IMG/VR virus record: IMGVR_UViG_3300029288_004108 | Span: 1-64,000 of that record | Strand: one strand, 5' to 3' | Source: a virus | Taxonomy: Duplodnaviria > Caudoviricetes | Length of the DNA stretch: 64,000 nucleotides | Translations under genes and position numbers: made by a program | The notes under the pieces: model-generated | The model's database searches: none | Seen by the model: the letters and a program-made list of their open reading frames with translations, nothing else | Told to the model about the DNA's origin: nothing | Part shown: piece after piece, positions 17,119 through 26,878 of the stretch | Layout: the number at the start of each line of letters is the position of its first letter | How positions within the stretch are numbered: the first letter of the stretch is position 1

Positions 17119-17822
17119 AACATTTATGTGAATGTGGTTGTGGAAAAGAAGTTACTATTTATCGAGGTAAGTCACGTAGATTTATACAAGGCCATCATAT
17201 GAAGGTTGATTATATTCGTAAAATGCATTCCAAACGAATGATGGGGAATAAATTATTTCAAGGAGGTAAAATGCCTCAATCTGCTAAAGACAAAATTGCA
17301 AAAAGTCAAACAGGAGTAAATAATTCTGTTTGGAATGGAGGAAGAACAATAAGCGGTGATGGATACATAACTATATTACAACCAGAACATCCTTTTGCAG
17401 ATGTTAATGGACGAATAAAAGAAGAAAGATTAGTAATGGAAAAGCATCTTGGTAGATACTTATTAAAAACAGAAATTATACATCATATAAATAGAAATAA
17501 GCAAGATAATAGAATTGAGAATTTACAAATAGTGACAAGTTTAGAACATGGAAGAATACATCATAAAGGAAATGCATATGCATTGGGATATAAATTCACG
17601 GAAGAACAACGCAGAAATTCATCTAAAAGTAAACTTGGTCGTATTGTTTCTGAAAAAACAAAACACAAATTATCAATAAGTCACATGGGGAAAACTCATA
17701 CAAAAGAAGCATGTAAAAAGATAAGTATTGCTCGTCAAGGATCAAAAGACTCTATTCAAACTCGAATAAATAAAAGTATATCCGCAAAAATTGCTTGGAG
17801 TAAAAGAAAAAAATCATGTTGA
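17115..17822 (+). mobile_element. Free-standing HNH homing endonuclease with NUMOD3 repeats
   Basis: CECGCG, IHHINRNKQDNRIENL, repeated SxxTKxKIS motifs, AT-rich. Confidence 0.88.
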
Positions 17823-18856
17823 AATCACTACACATTTCCAATTTTCAATCTCACAAAGACACTTCTCTGGATTTCTCTGACGGAGTAAATATAATCATAG
17901 GAGCATCTGACTCGGGTAAATCAGCTGTTATCCGAGCTTTAAAGTGGCTGACATGGAACCGACCATCGGGTGATGCCATACGTAGTAACTGGGGTGGAAA
18001 GACTGAAGTAGAGTTATTTACCGACGATGCCCATATCGTACGTAGTAAGGATAAGGAAGAACTTTATGTCTTAGGTGATCAGCATTTCCGAGCATTCCGG
18101 ACAGAAGTACCAGAAGAAATTGCCAATGCTTTAAATATGTCGGAAATTAACCTACAACAACAGCTTGACTCGCCGTTCCTTCTATCATTAACTTCCGGTC
18201 AGGTAGCAGAGCACTTTAATAAAATAGCTAAACTTGAACAGATTGACCGTGCTACCTCAGCTATAAATAAAGCTATCCGGGAACTGGAGTCGGAGAGAAA
18301 ATATAAAACAACTGACCTTGAAACCAAAGAGGAAGATATAAAACGGTTTGAGTATCTTGAAAAGATGGAAGCTGAGGTTGAGGTGTTGGAAGGAATGGAA
18401 ACTCAGTTAAGGAATCTCCGGAGTTCTTTATCCAATATTACAGTACAAATAGATGATTATGATGAATGTGAAAAGTTTATAATATCAAATGAAAGTGTTT
18501 TAGCAGATGAGGATAAGGTAAACAATCTTCTTACTCTCTACAGTAGAAAAAAGGAATTGGAAAGGGAGGAAGAAGAGTTATATCATTTGACTGAGGATAT
18601 TGATCTTACTCAAGTTGATATTGTTAAACATAAGTTAATTCTGGAGACGGAACCATTGGTAAACTCCTTACTGGGATTATATGATAATAAAAAAGCCCTT
18701 GACAAGGCATTTCTCACCCTCCGGAAGGCACTTTTGGATTTAAATAGTATTGACCTATTGCTTAATAAGAAAGTGGCTGATTTGGGCTTTAAACAAGCTC
18801 AGTTTAAAAAGGAAATGGGTGATGTTTGTGTTTTATGTGGAAGTAAATTGAAATAG
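17816..18856 (+). CDS. SbcC/Rad50 N-terminal half (Walker A, coiled coil, CxxC hook)
   Basis: LHISNFQSH, IGASDSGKS, QQQLDSPFLL. Ends CVLCGSKLK*. Confidence 0.88.
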   Translation: MLKSLHISNFQSHKDTSLDFSDGVNIIIGASDSGKSAVIRALKWLTWNRPSGDAIRSNWGGKTEVELFTDDAHIVRSKDKEELYVLGDQHFRAFRTEVPEEIANALNMSEINLQQQLDSPFLLSLTSGQVAEHFNKIAKLEQIDRATSAINKAIRELESERKYKTTDLETKEEDIKRFEYLEKMEAEVEVLEGMETQLRNLRSSLSNITVQIDDYDECEKFIISNESVLADEDKVNNLLTLYSRKKELEREEEELYHLTEDIDLTQVDIVKHKLILETEPLVNSLLGLYDNKKALDKAFLTLRKALLDLNSIDLLLNKKVADLGFKQAQFKKEMGDVCVLCGSKLK

Positions 18857-18858
18857 AT

Positions 18859-19065
18859 ATGAAAATACCAGCAGAAATAGAATTTAAGATGAATATAAAT
18901 GATTCCGTTACTAAATTACAAAGACTTGGAGAAGTAGCATATAAAGCAGTAAATGCTGTAAATGATTTTAATAGAGCTTTGGAAGAATGTAGAAGGATGG
19001 ATATAGAAATATCTATAAATTATAAACCTTCCACAAAGAAATGGTATCAATTTTGGAGGAAGTGA
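18859..19065 (+). CDS. Hypothetical protein
   Basis: 68 aa, ends KKWYQFWRK. Confidence 0.55.
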   Translation: MKIPAEIEFKMNINDSVTKLQRLGEVAYKAVNAVNDFNRALEECRRMDIEISINYKPSTKKWYQFWRK

Positions 19066-19066
19066 T

Positions 19067-19297
19067 ATGACACACTTAGTAAAACCAAGTAATGATTTTG
19101 GATTAGAGTTATGCAAAATACTTAAACTTGATCCAGGCAAGACAAGGACTATAACAATAGTAAGCCCAGTAGATGATTTTGTTCATATAACAGTCGAACA
19201 AATATTACAGGAAGATGAAGCAGATAAGTTGATCAAAGTACTGATGAAATTTCAATATGCAGAAGATGGAACGGACAAGACAGATAAGGAAGCCTGA
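19067..19297 (+). CDS. Hypothetical protein
   Basis: 76 aa, packed. Confidence 0.55.
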   Translation: MTHLVKPSNDFGLELCKILKLDPGKTRTITIVSPVDDFVHITVEQILQEDEADKLIKVLMKFQYAEDGTDKTDKEA

Positions 19298-20180
19298 TTT
19301 AATCCTCACTTCAGACTGGCACTTACGGGAAGATACTCCTACATGCTGGATAGGAAATTTTCAATCAGAACAGTGGGATAGTGTTAATTTTGTAAGTGGA
19401 TTACAAAAGCGGTGGAATATCCCAGTTATTTGTGCCGGAGATATTTTTCATCATTGGAAGCCTTCACCATGGTTACTTACAATGGCAATGGAGTATTTAC
19501 CAGCAAAATTCTTCTCTTGCGCTGGACAACATGATATGCCACAGCATAATATTGACTTAATTGAAAAAAGTGGTTATTTTACCTTGATGAAAGCGGAAGT
19601 AATTAAAACAATAGATGATTGGGATTTAATTTCACATAATCCAAGTAGAAGTATAGATATTCAATTTTGTCATTTTGGACAATTGCCGAAGAATATGGAT
19701 AAAAGAAATAAGAATATCCTTGCTTGGCACCACATGACCTACATCACTCCACCCTATCCAGGTGCTACGAGTGGGAATGCAATAAGCATATTAAGGAAAT
19801 ATCCTCAATTTGATCTCATAGTCACAGGTGATAATCATCAGTCGTTCTATACTGAATATGAAGGACGGTTACTTGTAAACCCGGGTAATTTAACTCGACA
19901 GACAGCTGATCAAATTGATTTTCAACCAAGGGTTGCTCTCTGGTATGCAGATACAAACTCGATTGAGTGGGTAAATATTCCTATTCAGAAAGATGTTATA
20001 ACTCGGGAACACATTGAAGTCAAAGAACAACGGGACGCCCGAATAGATGCTTTCATATCCAAGTTGAATGGCGACTGGGTGGCTGGAATGTCATTTGAGG
20101 AAAACCTTGAAGCCTTCTTTGCTAAGAATGATACAAGGGAATCAGTAAAAAGTATAATTTATAAAGCAATAGAGTTATGA
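19257..20180 (+). CDS. sbcD: SbcD/Mre11-like metallophosphoesterase nuclease
   Basis: TSDWHL, AGDIFH, GQHD (variant of GNHD), AWHH, GDNH, VNPGN. Confidence 0.88.
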   Translation: MQKMERTRQIRKPDLILTSDWHLREDTPTCWIGNFQSEQWDSVNFVSGLQKRWNIPVICAGDIFHHWKPSPWLLTMAMEYLPAKFFSCAGQHDMPQHNIDLIEKSGYFTLMKAEVIKTIDDWDLISHNPSRSIDIQFCHFGQLPKNMDKRNKNILAWHHMTYITPPYPGATSGNAISILRKYPQFDLIVTGDNHQSFYTEYEGRLLVNPGNLTRQTADQIDFQPRVALWYADTNSIEWVNIPIQKDVITREHIEVKEQRDARIDAFISKLNGDWVAGMSFEENLEAFFAKNDTRESVKSIIYKAIEL

Positions 20181-20383
20181 AAAAATTATTTAAAGTTAGT
20201 TGTTCAGGAAAGTTTGATACATTTTATGATATTTATGTAATAGCTGATACATATGAAGATGCTGGAAACAAAGCATTGCAGAAAATGAAAGATTTAAGAT
20301 ATGATAAAGTTAGTGATTATGTATCAACAATCGAGTTACTTGCAGATGAAAAAGAAACTACTAAAAAATTACTAATATTATGA
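20177..20383 (+). CDS. Hypothetical protein
   Basis: 68 aa, ATGA overlaps. Confidence 0.55.
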   Translation: MKKLFKVSCSGKFDTFYDIYVIADTYEDAGNKALQKMKDLRYDKVSDYVSTIELLADEKETTKKLLIL

Positions 20384-20613
20384 CAGAAAAACAACTACTT
20401 GATTTAAAAGATCAGATTGAAGATGCAAAATCATCTGTATCAGAGTTAAAAGGACAGCAAACAGCTCTCCTTAAACAACTCAAAGATACCTACAAGTGTT
20501 CATCTATTGAAGAAGCTGAGAAGAAGGCTGATCAGATGAAAAAGGATATTGATAAGCTGCAAAAGCAGATTGATGAAGGTTGTAAGGAACTGGAAGAAAA
20601 ATATGATGTATGA
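20380..20613 (+). CDS. Coiled-coil protein, probable middle fragment of SbcC
   Basis: Heptad-rich (LLDLKDQIEDAKSSVSELKGQQTALLKQL). Coupled to the C-terminal ATPase half. Confidence 0.6.
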   Translation: MTEKQLLDLKDQIEDAKSSVSELKGQQTALLKQLKDTYKCSSIEEAEKKADQMKKDIDKLQKQIDEGCKELEEKYDV

Positions 20614-21218
20614 CAATACAACAACTACGACAATCACTGGAACGCCAACAGGGACAAAAGATTCAGATTGAGCAATCCATCAACCAGCTCAAGACTGATT
20701 TAACTGAAAATAAACGATCACTCCGTCGACATGAACAGGCTCGTGAAATTGTGCGTACCGTTGGCCTCGCTACACAACAGGAACTTCAATTCCACATTTC
20801 GGATATTACATCATTGGCACTTGATGCTGTATTTGATGATCCATATGAATTAAAGGTGGAATTTGTAGAAAGGAGAAATAAAACTGAGTGTGATTTGAAA
20901 TTTGTGAGAGGTGATATGGAAATTGATCCTATGACAGCAAGTGGAGTTGGAGCAGTTGATATAGCGTCATTTGCCCTCAGGATAGCTTCCTGGTCAATGA
21001 TGCGTCCACGGACAAGACCTACTATAATCCTTGATGAACCATTTAGGTTTCTATCGGAAAACTATCAGGACAAAGCTTCACAGATGCTAAAAGAGTTATC
21101 TGAAAAGCTTGGTTTGCAATTTATCATTGTCACTCACGAGCAGACTCTATCGAGTTATGCTGATCGGACATTTGAAGTATCTATTCATAAAGGAGTAAGT
21201 AAAGTAAAGCAGTTATGA
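20610..21218 (+). CDS. SbcC/Rad50 C-terminal half (signature, Walker B, H-loop)
   Basis: ASGVGAVD (signature variant), IILDEPF, FIIVTHE. Confidence 0.88.
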   Translation: MTIQQLRQSLERQQGQKIQIEQSINQLKTDLTENKRSLRRHEQAREIVRTVGLATQQELQFHISDITSLALDAVFDDPYELKVEFVERRNKTECDLKFVRGDMEIDPMTASGVGAVDIASFALRIASWSMMRPRTRPTIILDEPFRFLSENYQDKASQMLKELSEKLGLQFIIVTHEQTLSSYADRTFEVSIHKGVSKVKQL

Positions 21219-21499
21219 AAACGTTATTACCTATTATATTATTTATAATCATTGTATTATCTTGTGAAAAGGTAGATGATGATTATTGCTGGACCTGCAC
21301 TACATATTATTATGAAAGGATGTATTTGCAGGATGGAGAGATACTTGAAAAGCGATACACTGATAGTTTAGATATTTGTGGTTATACTGAACGGGATATT
21401 CAAAAATATGAACGATACCGGACGGTTGAGCCATACAATATTAGCACATGTGGCAATCACATCCGTTGGCAAGAGTGTTTATGTATTAAAAAAGATTAA
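21215..21499 (+). CDS. Putative lipoprotein
   Basis: MKTLLPIILFIIIVLSC followed by EKVDDD. Additional CWTC and C-x-C residues. Confidence 0.65.
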   Translation: MKTLLPIILFIIIVLSCEKVDDDYCWTCTTYYYERMYLQDGEILEKRYTDSLDICGYTERDIQKYERYRTVEPYNISTCGNHIRWQECLCIKKD

Positions 21500-21500
21500 A

Positions 21501-21581
21501 ATGAAACCGACAAAAGAACAGATAATATTTGGTGATGTCAAATTACGGGAAAAGATTGAACAGCTTAAATCCGAGCTATAA
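21501..21581 (+). CDS. Very small ORF (26 aa)
   Basis: MKPTKEQIIFGDVKLREKIEQLKSEL*. Fills the gap, TAATG overlap with the next gene. Confidence 0.4.
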   Translation: MKPTKEQIIFGDVKLREKIEQLKSEL

Positions 21582-21949
21582 TGGAACAACATCGAGCAGT
21601 ATCAAAGATGATGACTACTCTACGAATGGAATTGGAAGATATAAAACTTCCTGTTTGGTTTAATGCCTTAATCTGTGAGCATTTCTCACAAATGTATGCT
21701 GCTGGATATGACAAAGGCCGTCAGGATGTAGTAGGTAATGCTCAAAAGAAACCCGTTGCACAATATAATAGTGATGGTCGACTTATTAATATTTTTCCGG
21801 GATTAAATGCAGCAAGCAGATTCACTGGATTTGCAGTAAACAATTTAAACCATGCTATTCTACAAGAACGTCCTTGTAAGGGATTTACCTGGAAATATAT
21901 AACTGTTGAAGAGTATCAGGAAGCTACTCGGGATAAATTGATGTATTAA
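21581..21949 (+). CDS. NUMOD1 domain protein
   Basis: KKPVAQYNSDGRLINIF...AASRFTG...CKGFTWKY. Confidence 0.7.
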   Translation: MEQHRAVSKMMTTLRMELEDIKLPVWFNALICEHFSQMYAAGYDKGRQDVVGNAQKKPVAQYNSDGRLINIFPGLNAASRFTGFAVNNLNHAILQERPCKGFTWKYITVEEYQEATRDKLMY

Positions 21950-22239
21950 CGACCTTCAATCAACTCCCATACCTGACCCATAATCAATGTAGGTTGAGTA
22001 GCTCCGATAGCTTTTTTAAGTACGAGTAATTCCTCAGTCTTTAGTTCAACATCATCCTTACTATCTTTTATCTTCCGATAAATCTCATATTTCTCCCACT
22101 TTGTTTTTTCATTATCCGATTGCTGCGGGATTAGTAAGGAGTTGACACAAACATCTTTTACAGTAAGAGTTCTTCCTTTTTCTCCTTTTAACTCTTCATT
22201 GTTTGCTCCGATGAGAGCGGTGTTGATTTTGATTTTCAT
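21946..22239 (-). CDS. Hypothetical protein, last gene of the tail module
   Basis: ATTTAATCAAAATG leader. Its stop overlaps the stop of the convergent + strand gene. Confidence 0.65.
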   Translation of the reverse strand: MKIKINTALIGANNEELKGEKGRTLTVKDVCVNSLLIPQQSDNEKTKWEKYEIYRKIKDSKDDVELKTEELLVLKKAIGATQPTLIMGQVWELIEGR

Positions 22240-22252
22240 TTTGATTAAATAT

Positions 22253-23839
22253 TTAATTGGTTACTACTGTTATATTATGTGCAAGTAAAGAAGCAACGGC
22301 AGCATCTGATGCCGATGTCCTTGGCTCATTACTTCCTGTGATATATATAGTCTTGGCAGTTGCACTTGATGACGTAGTAGAAGTATCAAGATCAATAATA
22401 AGTTCATCAACTTCTGCTGACGATAATCCTCCTGCTGATGCTGGCTGAAAGTTAAATGCTGTAGAGGAAAGGGCAAGTGATTTCCAAGTCCGTCCACCCG
22501 ATGGAGGAGTATAATTACTAATTGCATTATCTCCAAGTAATTGTATATAAAGAATATTTGCTGGTAAATCATTGAGATCACCATATATAGTGTTACCCCC
22601 AGATAAGTATATTGTTGTGACAGAATTGGATAAGAAAGCAATGTCACCAGTAATTGTATTATTTCCTAAGATAATTAAAGTGACTAAAGTACTATCGCTT
22701 GGAAGATTATTTAATGATCCTCCGACGGTATTATTTCCTATTATATTAATATATGTAGTTAAAGCAGGAATATCTTCAACAAGACCATTTATTGTATTTA
22801 CTCCAGAAATAGAGAAATATCTTAATGTATCAGGTAAAGTAGTAAATCCTCCAGTTATTGTATTACTTCCTGCTATGGTCATATTTGCTATTACGGAATC
22901 TGATGGCCAGTAATCTAAGTCTCCCCCAATAGTACTATTTCCAGCAATATTAATGTTAGTAACCGTAGACTTAATATCCTGAATATCCCCTGATATAGTA
23001 TTAAGTCCCCCTATTGTTATATTAGTTAAAACAGAACTAAAGTTAGCAATATCTCCGGTAATTGTATTATTTCCAAACACAGAAATAGTAGCCAGTGTTG
23101 ACGGAAGATTTACTATGTCTCCTGATATAGTATTGTTCCCCGTAACAGAAAAGAAAGTTAAGCCTTCTTGCAAATTAGTAATATCTCCAGTTAGGGTATT
23201 TGATCCCCCAACTTGAAATTGCTTCATACTTGTTGGAATATCTGATATATTTCCTGAGAAGGTTGTCGTTTGATTTAAAGAAAATATCTCACATACACCA
23301 CCAATATCTGTTACAGAACCAGTGATAGTCCCTCCTGCATATGAACTAAAATATAATAAATTAGGAGATAACTGACTTAAAGCAATTGACATAATTAAAA
23401 TTGTACCGTATATAAGATAGACATCAGTACAATTTGGGTAATTCCAATTGTTCAATGTGAGTGAAGGTGTATTTGCTAAATAAGTAGAGTCCGTTGTTTT
23501 ATATGCCCAAGAGGGATTCCCGCTGGTCGCTGACATTGTATGTCCAAATCCTAACAATAAATCAGGATCATTCATTACAAGATTAGCCGTCCCTGAAGGA
23601 CATTTAACATACTTTGTCTGTAAACTACCTGGAGTAGGAGTCCATGTATCTGTTCCTGTTCCTGTCCCATCCCAATTATCATAAAATAATGCCGTTCCAT
23701 CTAATATAAAAGTAGCACCAGCGGCAACCTTAACACTAAAAGAAGCACATTTAGATCCATCACCACGTGATGTAACAATCAAAGCACGAGAATAATCATA
23801 CATAACACGATAAAATCCGGTGGCTTGTATATGAGGCAT
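22253..23839 (-). CDS. Repeat (LRR/solenoid-like) tail or receptor-binding protein
   Basis: About 10 consecutive 22-24 aa repeats of NTIxGDIxxLPxxLxxIxIxGx. Located at the distal end of the tail module. Confidence 0.7.
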   Translation of the reverse strand: MPHIQATGFYRVMYDYSRALIVTSRGDGSKCASFSVKVAAGATFILDGTALFYDNWDGTGTGTDTWTPTPGSLQTKYVKCPSGTANLVMNDPDLLLGFGHTMSATSGNPSWAYKTTDSTYLANTPSLTLNNWNYPNCTDVYLIYGTILIMSIALSQLSPNLLYFSSYAGGTITGSVTDIGGVCEIFSLNQTTTFSGNISDIPTSMKQFQVGGSNTLTGDITNLQEGLTFFSVTGNNTISGDIVNLPSTLATISVFGNNTITGDIANFSSVLTNITIGGLNTISGDIQDIKSTVTNINIAGNSTIGGDLDYWPSDSVIANMTIAGSNTITGGFTTLPDTLRYFSISGVNTINGLVEDIPALTTYINIIGNNTVGGSLNNLPSDSTLVTLIILGNNTITGDIAFLSNSVTTIYLSGGNTIYGDLNDLPANILYIQLLGDNAISNYTPPSGGRTWKSLALSSTAFNFQPASAGGLSSAEVDELIIDLDTSTTSSSATAKTIYITGSNEPRTSASDAAVASLLAHNITVVTN

Positions 23840-24594
23840 TATACTTCTATTTGTCCAATGGTATAAATAATTTCCTGAGCAGATCCATCACCTACTGCTC
23901 GCCATGAGATAATATTATCCTCTCCATCGGAATCATTTAGATTGACCAATCCTAATTTCTTTGTGAAAGAGGTACCAAGAGTAATATCTACTCCACTTCC
24001 GTCAATAATAAGTTCTAACATCCCTGCATCACCATCTGAAGCATTTAATATATCTACTGTACAATCTCCTGTTACAGTACATATCCAATCTTTATACGTT
24101 GTACAATCTATATTAAGAGGATTAGCAAAAGCAGCAGTTTGGAATGGTTGAGCTGATGTAGTTAAATCAAACCACCCTTTCGTCCCTCCTGAGTCAGTCC
24201 CATAATATTTGCTATTCCCGGGTGATTCCAGATCGTTTACAAGAGTGACCTGATTAACACTATCTTTTGATATAGATTGTGCAAAGGAAATGCCTGTAAT
24301 GTCGAGGTAAGTGGATAAATCCAAATGATAATACTCTGCATCCTTTCCGCTTGAGTCCCCACTTGATGTTGTCAATCCTCCCTGCAGGTCGAGCAGGTTG
24401 TTATGATAGGCATCCGTAATGTTATCAAAATTTACTGATGACTGTCCGGATGTTTGTAATTCTAACTTGGTATAATAATTAGCAAGGTAGGACATAAAAT
24501 CAAAAGCAATACTGCCTCCACTGATAGGACGATTTATTCCCCGTCCTTCAGCATCCCAGTCAACGTGATAAGCATATTTGTTTATTGTTATCAT
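23839..24594 (-). CDS. Putative tail fibre/baseplate protein
   Basis: Located after the tail hub gene. SPGNSKYYGTDSGGTKGWF fibre-like segment. Confidence 0.55.
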   Translation of the reverse strand: MITINKYAYHVDWDAEGRGINRPISGGSIAFDFMSYLANYYTKLELQTSGQSSVNFDNITDAYHNNLLDLQGGLTTSSGDSSGKDAEYYHLDLSTYLDITGISFAQSISKDSVNQVTLVNDLESPGNSKYYGTDSGGTKGWFDLTTSAQPFQTAAFANPLNIDCTTYKDWICTVTGDCTVDILNASDGDAGMLELIIDGSGVDITLGTSFTKKLGLVNLNDSDGEDNIISWRAVGDGSAQEIIYTIGQIEV

Positions 24595-24595
24595 C

Positions 24596-26878
24596 TTACG
24601 ACCATACTAATGTTTCTTCCGTGCTATCAGCTCCATTTCCCTGAATGTTATAAGCACAAACTTTATAAGTAAATGTTTGTCCTGTTGGATCTCCTTCCAG
24701 TGACACCATATCTAAATAGGTGTTAGCTGTACCTGAATATAGTAATTTATATGAATCCACCCACGATGAGGAAAGAGTACTGTAAACTGGCTTCCGATAA
24801 AGTTTATATCCCTGCGCATTTGCTACGGGGTTCCATGCAGCATAAACTGCCCGACGGAATAGTACCTGACTCAGAGTTAATCCCGTAGGAGCGTCTGGGA
24901 CATTCCACTCTCCCGTAGGATTCCCACTGGAGTCATAAGTAGCACCAGTAACTGATACTTCCTCTTCACTATAAGCCTCAGCCTCTATATCATATGTCCC
25001 ATTATTTAAGTCCCATGTAAACCCATTCAATAGAAATGACATAACATCTCCTGATTCATCCAGTATATTATCGTCAGTAATGATGCAGAATGGTTTAAGT
25101 ATTTTATCAATTAGTATTGTTCCTTTTAATCTGGAGAGTGTTCGACCGTATTTACGAAATTTGGTCTTAGCAAATACTTCATATAGTGGACAGGCTTCCG
25201 GAGAGTTTTCTGAAGTCCAAAGATTTGTTAATGTTGTTTCATCACTCAGGAGTAATCCATTACTATAATTGATATTGTTAAGATCAAACAAATGTAATTC
25301 AATCTCATCAGTCTTAACAAAGTTTTCATCCAGCTGGTATTCTATCTTATTGTCCAAAGCTGTTTCATTTACCGTAACCTGGAAATCTCCAACATAAGTT
25401 GTCATAAAAACTGTTGAAGGATCCCCCGATGGTAGTAAGTTTATCAGTCCGGGAAGAACAATTAAAATAAACTTCTGAGTTGTAGGAAATCCTAACTGCT
25501 CCCATATATCATACAAATCACCTGAGAAACTTATAGACCATGTTGTTGATTTATCATCGGTACAGTCGTATATCTGTTTAAATATTACAGCATCAAATGG
25601 ATCGATAGGTAAAATAGAATCTGTAATTTTCCAATCACCTGTTTCAGGATCCTGGTAAACATAATGATTTGTTTGGGCTCCTCCGTCGAGTCTGAGATAG
25701 AATTGAGCAGATACTTCCTGACGGGCAGCCAAGGTGTACCCTTCACCTGACATTTTATAACTGGCACTCAGATTTGTGGTTTCCTCACTCCCGTCATTAA
25801 ACTGGAGTTCAAAACTATAATATAATCCTACGGTAGCACTGGGAGCAGAAAACTTAATCCACTGCTCAATACCTTTACGATTTGTACCTACATCAATATT
25901 AGTAAGGTTAGTATCAGCATACCAAGTATTCTTTGTCAGGGCCCCTGCTGTTGCTGAAGCTGTTGTAAGTATATCAATTGTAAAATCGTTATATACTAAA
26001 GTATCCAGTATTTTATCATGCAGTTCTATTATTAATGTATGTAATCCTGCATCATACTCAACTATCTGACTACAATCAATATATTCAAATGTTTCCCCAT
26101 CACTTCCCTGTTTATATATTTCCTGACGGAGACTTCCAATTTCAACTGCTCCAGTGGAATCATACTTAACCCAATTACCAATACGAGTAATATCTTCCTG
26201 TCTTTCCAGTACCCACATATCATTATAACTATACAGAAAGGCACTAAATGGATGAAGAGCTTTGTTTACAGCTTCATATATATTATCATAATCGTAGGAA
26301 TTACTATAGAACTGAGCATTTTGAACACAGGTCTGTGGTAAGAATGTATCCGTTACTGCCTGAGTCATAGTATCTTCAAACAATGTGGAATTAACATATA
26401 AAGGTAAATCTAAATCTGTTAATCCAATAATCTCATTTACCAAACCATAGACAGTACTCTTCCCTCCTATGTCTTTCAATCCATTGGAATACTTATCTTC
26501 CAAGCGCCGCATATAATCTGTAAACTGAACCGTTATGCTACCGTAAGGTAATAACTGTCGTTCATTAAGATCACAAATCGAGTACCCACGAAAAGCTACC
26601 GTTCCGTCATATGTTATCGTACAAAGGAACTGCCGTTCATATGATCGTAACATAGGGGCAAGTACTCCCATTTCATAATCATTTGCTTCAATTACAATCT
26701 TTGCCCCACGACCAATGATAGGAGTGTTATCGTCCTGATAATTTGTTTGTATCGTTACAGAAGATAATCGCAAATCGTCTTCAACAGAATCAGAGTAGTC
26801 CTGCTGGTATATTTTTACAGATACCAGCTTACTGAAATAATTATAAAAATCTGATTGAAACCTAAGACCGTATGCCAT
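24596..26878 (-). CDS. Tail tip/hub protein with a C-terminal fibronectin type III domain
   Basis: Follows the tape measure gene. PDAPTGLTL...WNPVANAQGYKLYR...YTYKVCAYN-like FN3 pattern. Confidence 0.7.
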   Translation of the reverse strand: MAYGLRFQSDFYNYFSKLVSVKIYQQDYSDSVEDDLRLSSVTIQTNYQDDNTPIIGRGAKIVIEANDYEMGVLAPMLRSYERQFLCTITYDGTVAFRGYSICDLNERQLLPYGSITVQFTDYMRRLEDKYSNGLKDIGGKSTVYGLVNEIIGLTDLDLPLYVNSTLFEDTMTQAVTDTFLPQTCVQNAQFYSNSYDYDNIYEAVNKALHPFSAFLYSYNDMWVLERQEDITRIGNWVKYDSTGAVEIGSLRQEIYKQGSDGETFEYIDCSQIVEYDAGLHTLIIELHDKILDTLVYNDFTIDILTTASATAGALTKNTWYADTNLTNIDVGTNRKGIEQWIKFSAPSATVGLYYSFELQFNDGSEETTNLSASYKMSGEGYTLAARQEVSAQFYLRLDGGAQTNHYVYQDPETGDWKITDSILPIDPFDAVIFKQIYDCTDDKSTTWSISFSGDLYDIWEQLGFPTTQKFILIVLPGLINLLPSGDPSTVFMTTYVGDFQVTVNETALDNKIEYQLDENFVKTDEIELHLFDLNNINYSNGLLLSDETTLTNLWTSENSPEACPLYEVFAKTKFRKYGRTLSRLKGTILIDKILKPFCIITDDNILDESGDVMSFLLNGFTWDLNNGTYDIEAEAYSEEEVSVTGATYDSSGNPTGEWNVPDAPTGLTLSQVLFRRAVYAAWNPVANAQGYKLYRKPVYSTLSSSWVDSYKLLYSGTANTYLDMVSLEGDPTGQTFTYKVCAYNIQGNGADSTEETLVWS

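Noticed and set aside
21940-21955. Intrinsic terminator at the convergence of the two arms
   Set aside because: The stop codons overlap (TTAA) and no hairpin with a U-tract is evident.
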